Positions 61,253 through 64,000 of a DNA stretch of 64,000 nucleotides are shown here, piece by piece (the stretch's first letter is position 1; every line of letters starts with the position of its first letter). The notes under the pieces were generated by a model that worked only from the letters and a program-made list of their open reading frames with translations, was not told the DNA's origin and ran no database searches. This DNA comes from the human T2T-CHM13v2.0 reference genome, Homo sapiens. The position numbers were made by a program, and so were the translations under genes. Where the stretch lies: assembly GCF_009914755.1 (NCBI RefSeq), contig NC_060927.1; one strand, 5' to 3'.

Positions 61253-62407
61253 TCTAAGGTTCTGCCTCCAGAGCTCCCTGAGGCTACAGCAACCCTGGGC
61301 AGAAGCCCAGGGCCCCGAACTAAGCTCTTCCTGTCTCCCCAGGTTCGCAGGTCAAGGTCCTGACTTAAAAACAGGTTGTCAGTATATCACAGTTTCCCCA
61401 AAACCTCAAATGAAGACAAGAATGAGTGTTTACAATTAGCCTACTTATGAAGAAGTATCCAAAGCTTATTTTTCTCCCCATGGGGAACAGTAACATTTGT
61501 TATTCACCAGATTTCAACCAACAAGCACATTCTGCCCACAAGATGGAGAAGCCCAGCTCTCTGCCTGTGGAGGTACTGTATCTCTCACCTCCCCTCTGCT
61601 TTCCTGAGTCTGCACTCTGACTCAGATCATTCAGCCATCCTTCTAGCTCTGCCCTCACCCGACCCTCTCTGTGAAAACCTGTGCTAACACAACATGGGGC
61701 CTTCTGATTTAGACAAACAAGTCTAGGAAATGTAAGCTTTGTGGCTTCTCCTGGCAAAATGCAGGTCATTCACTGTGCATTTATATTTAACTGCTACTTT
61801 TGGAAAACAGAAGAGCACAGAAAGTCATACGTCAGGACTGAAAAGTGCAGGCTGGCTTGTGCACTGCTTGTGTATTTTATCAGAGTGGGATGTGGCTGGG
61901 GGCTGCAGGAGACAGGCCAGAGCCCAGTATCTGGGGTTCTCCCAGGGCTGCTACTTTCCATCTTTTTTTACTTTGCTGCCTTTCTGGAAGCCCCACACGT
62001 ACCCTCTTTTTTTTTCCCTCTGTTCTTGGCTACACAGCCTTTAAAAATAGTAATTTTAAAAAAGACAACCAGACAAGCCAGAAATAACTACTGGTTCAAT
62101 AAACCTCTGAACAAATATGGCAATTTTTGTTCCTGACAAGGAAATTCTAAATTCAGTTTCAGTCTCATGCCTTCTTCTATGAAGGAAATTAAGTCTAAAA
62201 GATGGAGAAAAACAGAAATAGAAGTTAATTTAAGAAAACAAAATAATACCTGTAGAAATGAGAAAAGAGCAAAGGAACTTACTGAGGGGACAGCTAGTTT
62301 GCAAGTGAGGAGGTGTGCTGCCCCGAGGCCTCGTTCTCCTCCCCATCTCAGGGCCCTGGAGGCAGCACATAGCATGATGCAGATATCAGGACAGGATATG
62401 CCTGGTT

Positions 62408-63981
<1,574 letters not shown>

Positions 63982-64000
63982 GCATCAGGACTTTTCTGTA

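Overview
This is primate, almost certainly human, genomic DNA, dense in Alu, L1, L2, MIR, LTR and MER5 repeats. It holds the complete 7-exon CRTAP gene on + (CpG-island promoter ~7.5-8.4 kb; CDS 7835..36203 splices to 1206 nt = 401 aa + stop; 3'UTR to ~41.53 kb). Converging on it from the - strand is the large terminal exon of SUSD5 (CDS part 46500..47791; 3'UTR to ~43.8 kb), followed by ~16 kb of SUSD5 intron. Every CRTAP exon boundary was read from the sequence and the frames join. I found no new gene system; nearly all other ORFs in the track are repeat-derived or GC-bias noise. The most interesting signals are smaller. They are a GC-AG first intron, two latent poison pseudo-exons each one base from activation, a TOP/TCT-like pyrimidine leader, and a palindromic double-TATA element upstream of the promoter. 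Others are an internal duplication of CRTAP with a 1-nt-shifted intron, inverted Alus tightly flanking exons 4-5, a hidden 21-bp array and a CTCF motif in the CRTAP 3'UTR, a duplicated hairpin with two-way poly(A) signals in the SUSD5 3'UTR, and an RGD motif in SUSD5. Repeat boundaries and subfamilies are by-eye estimates.
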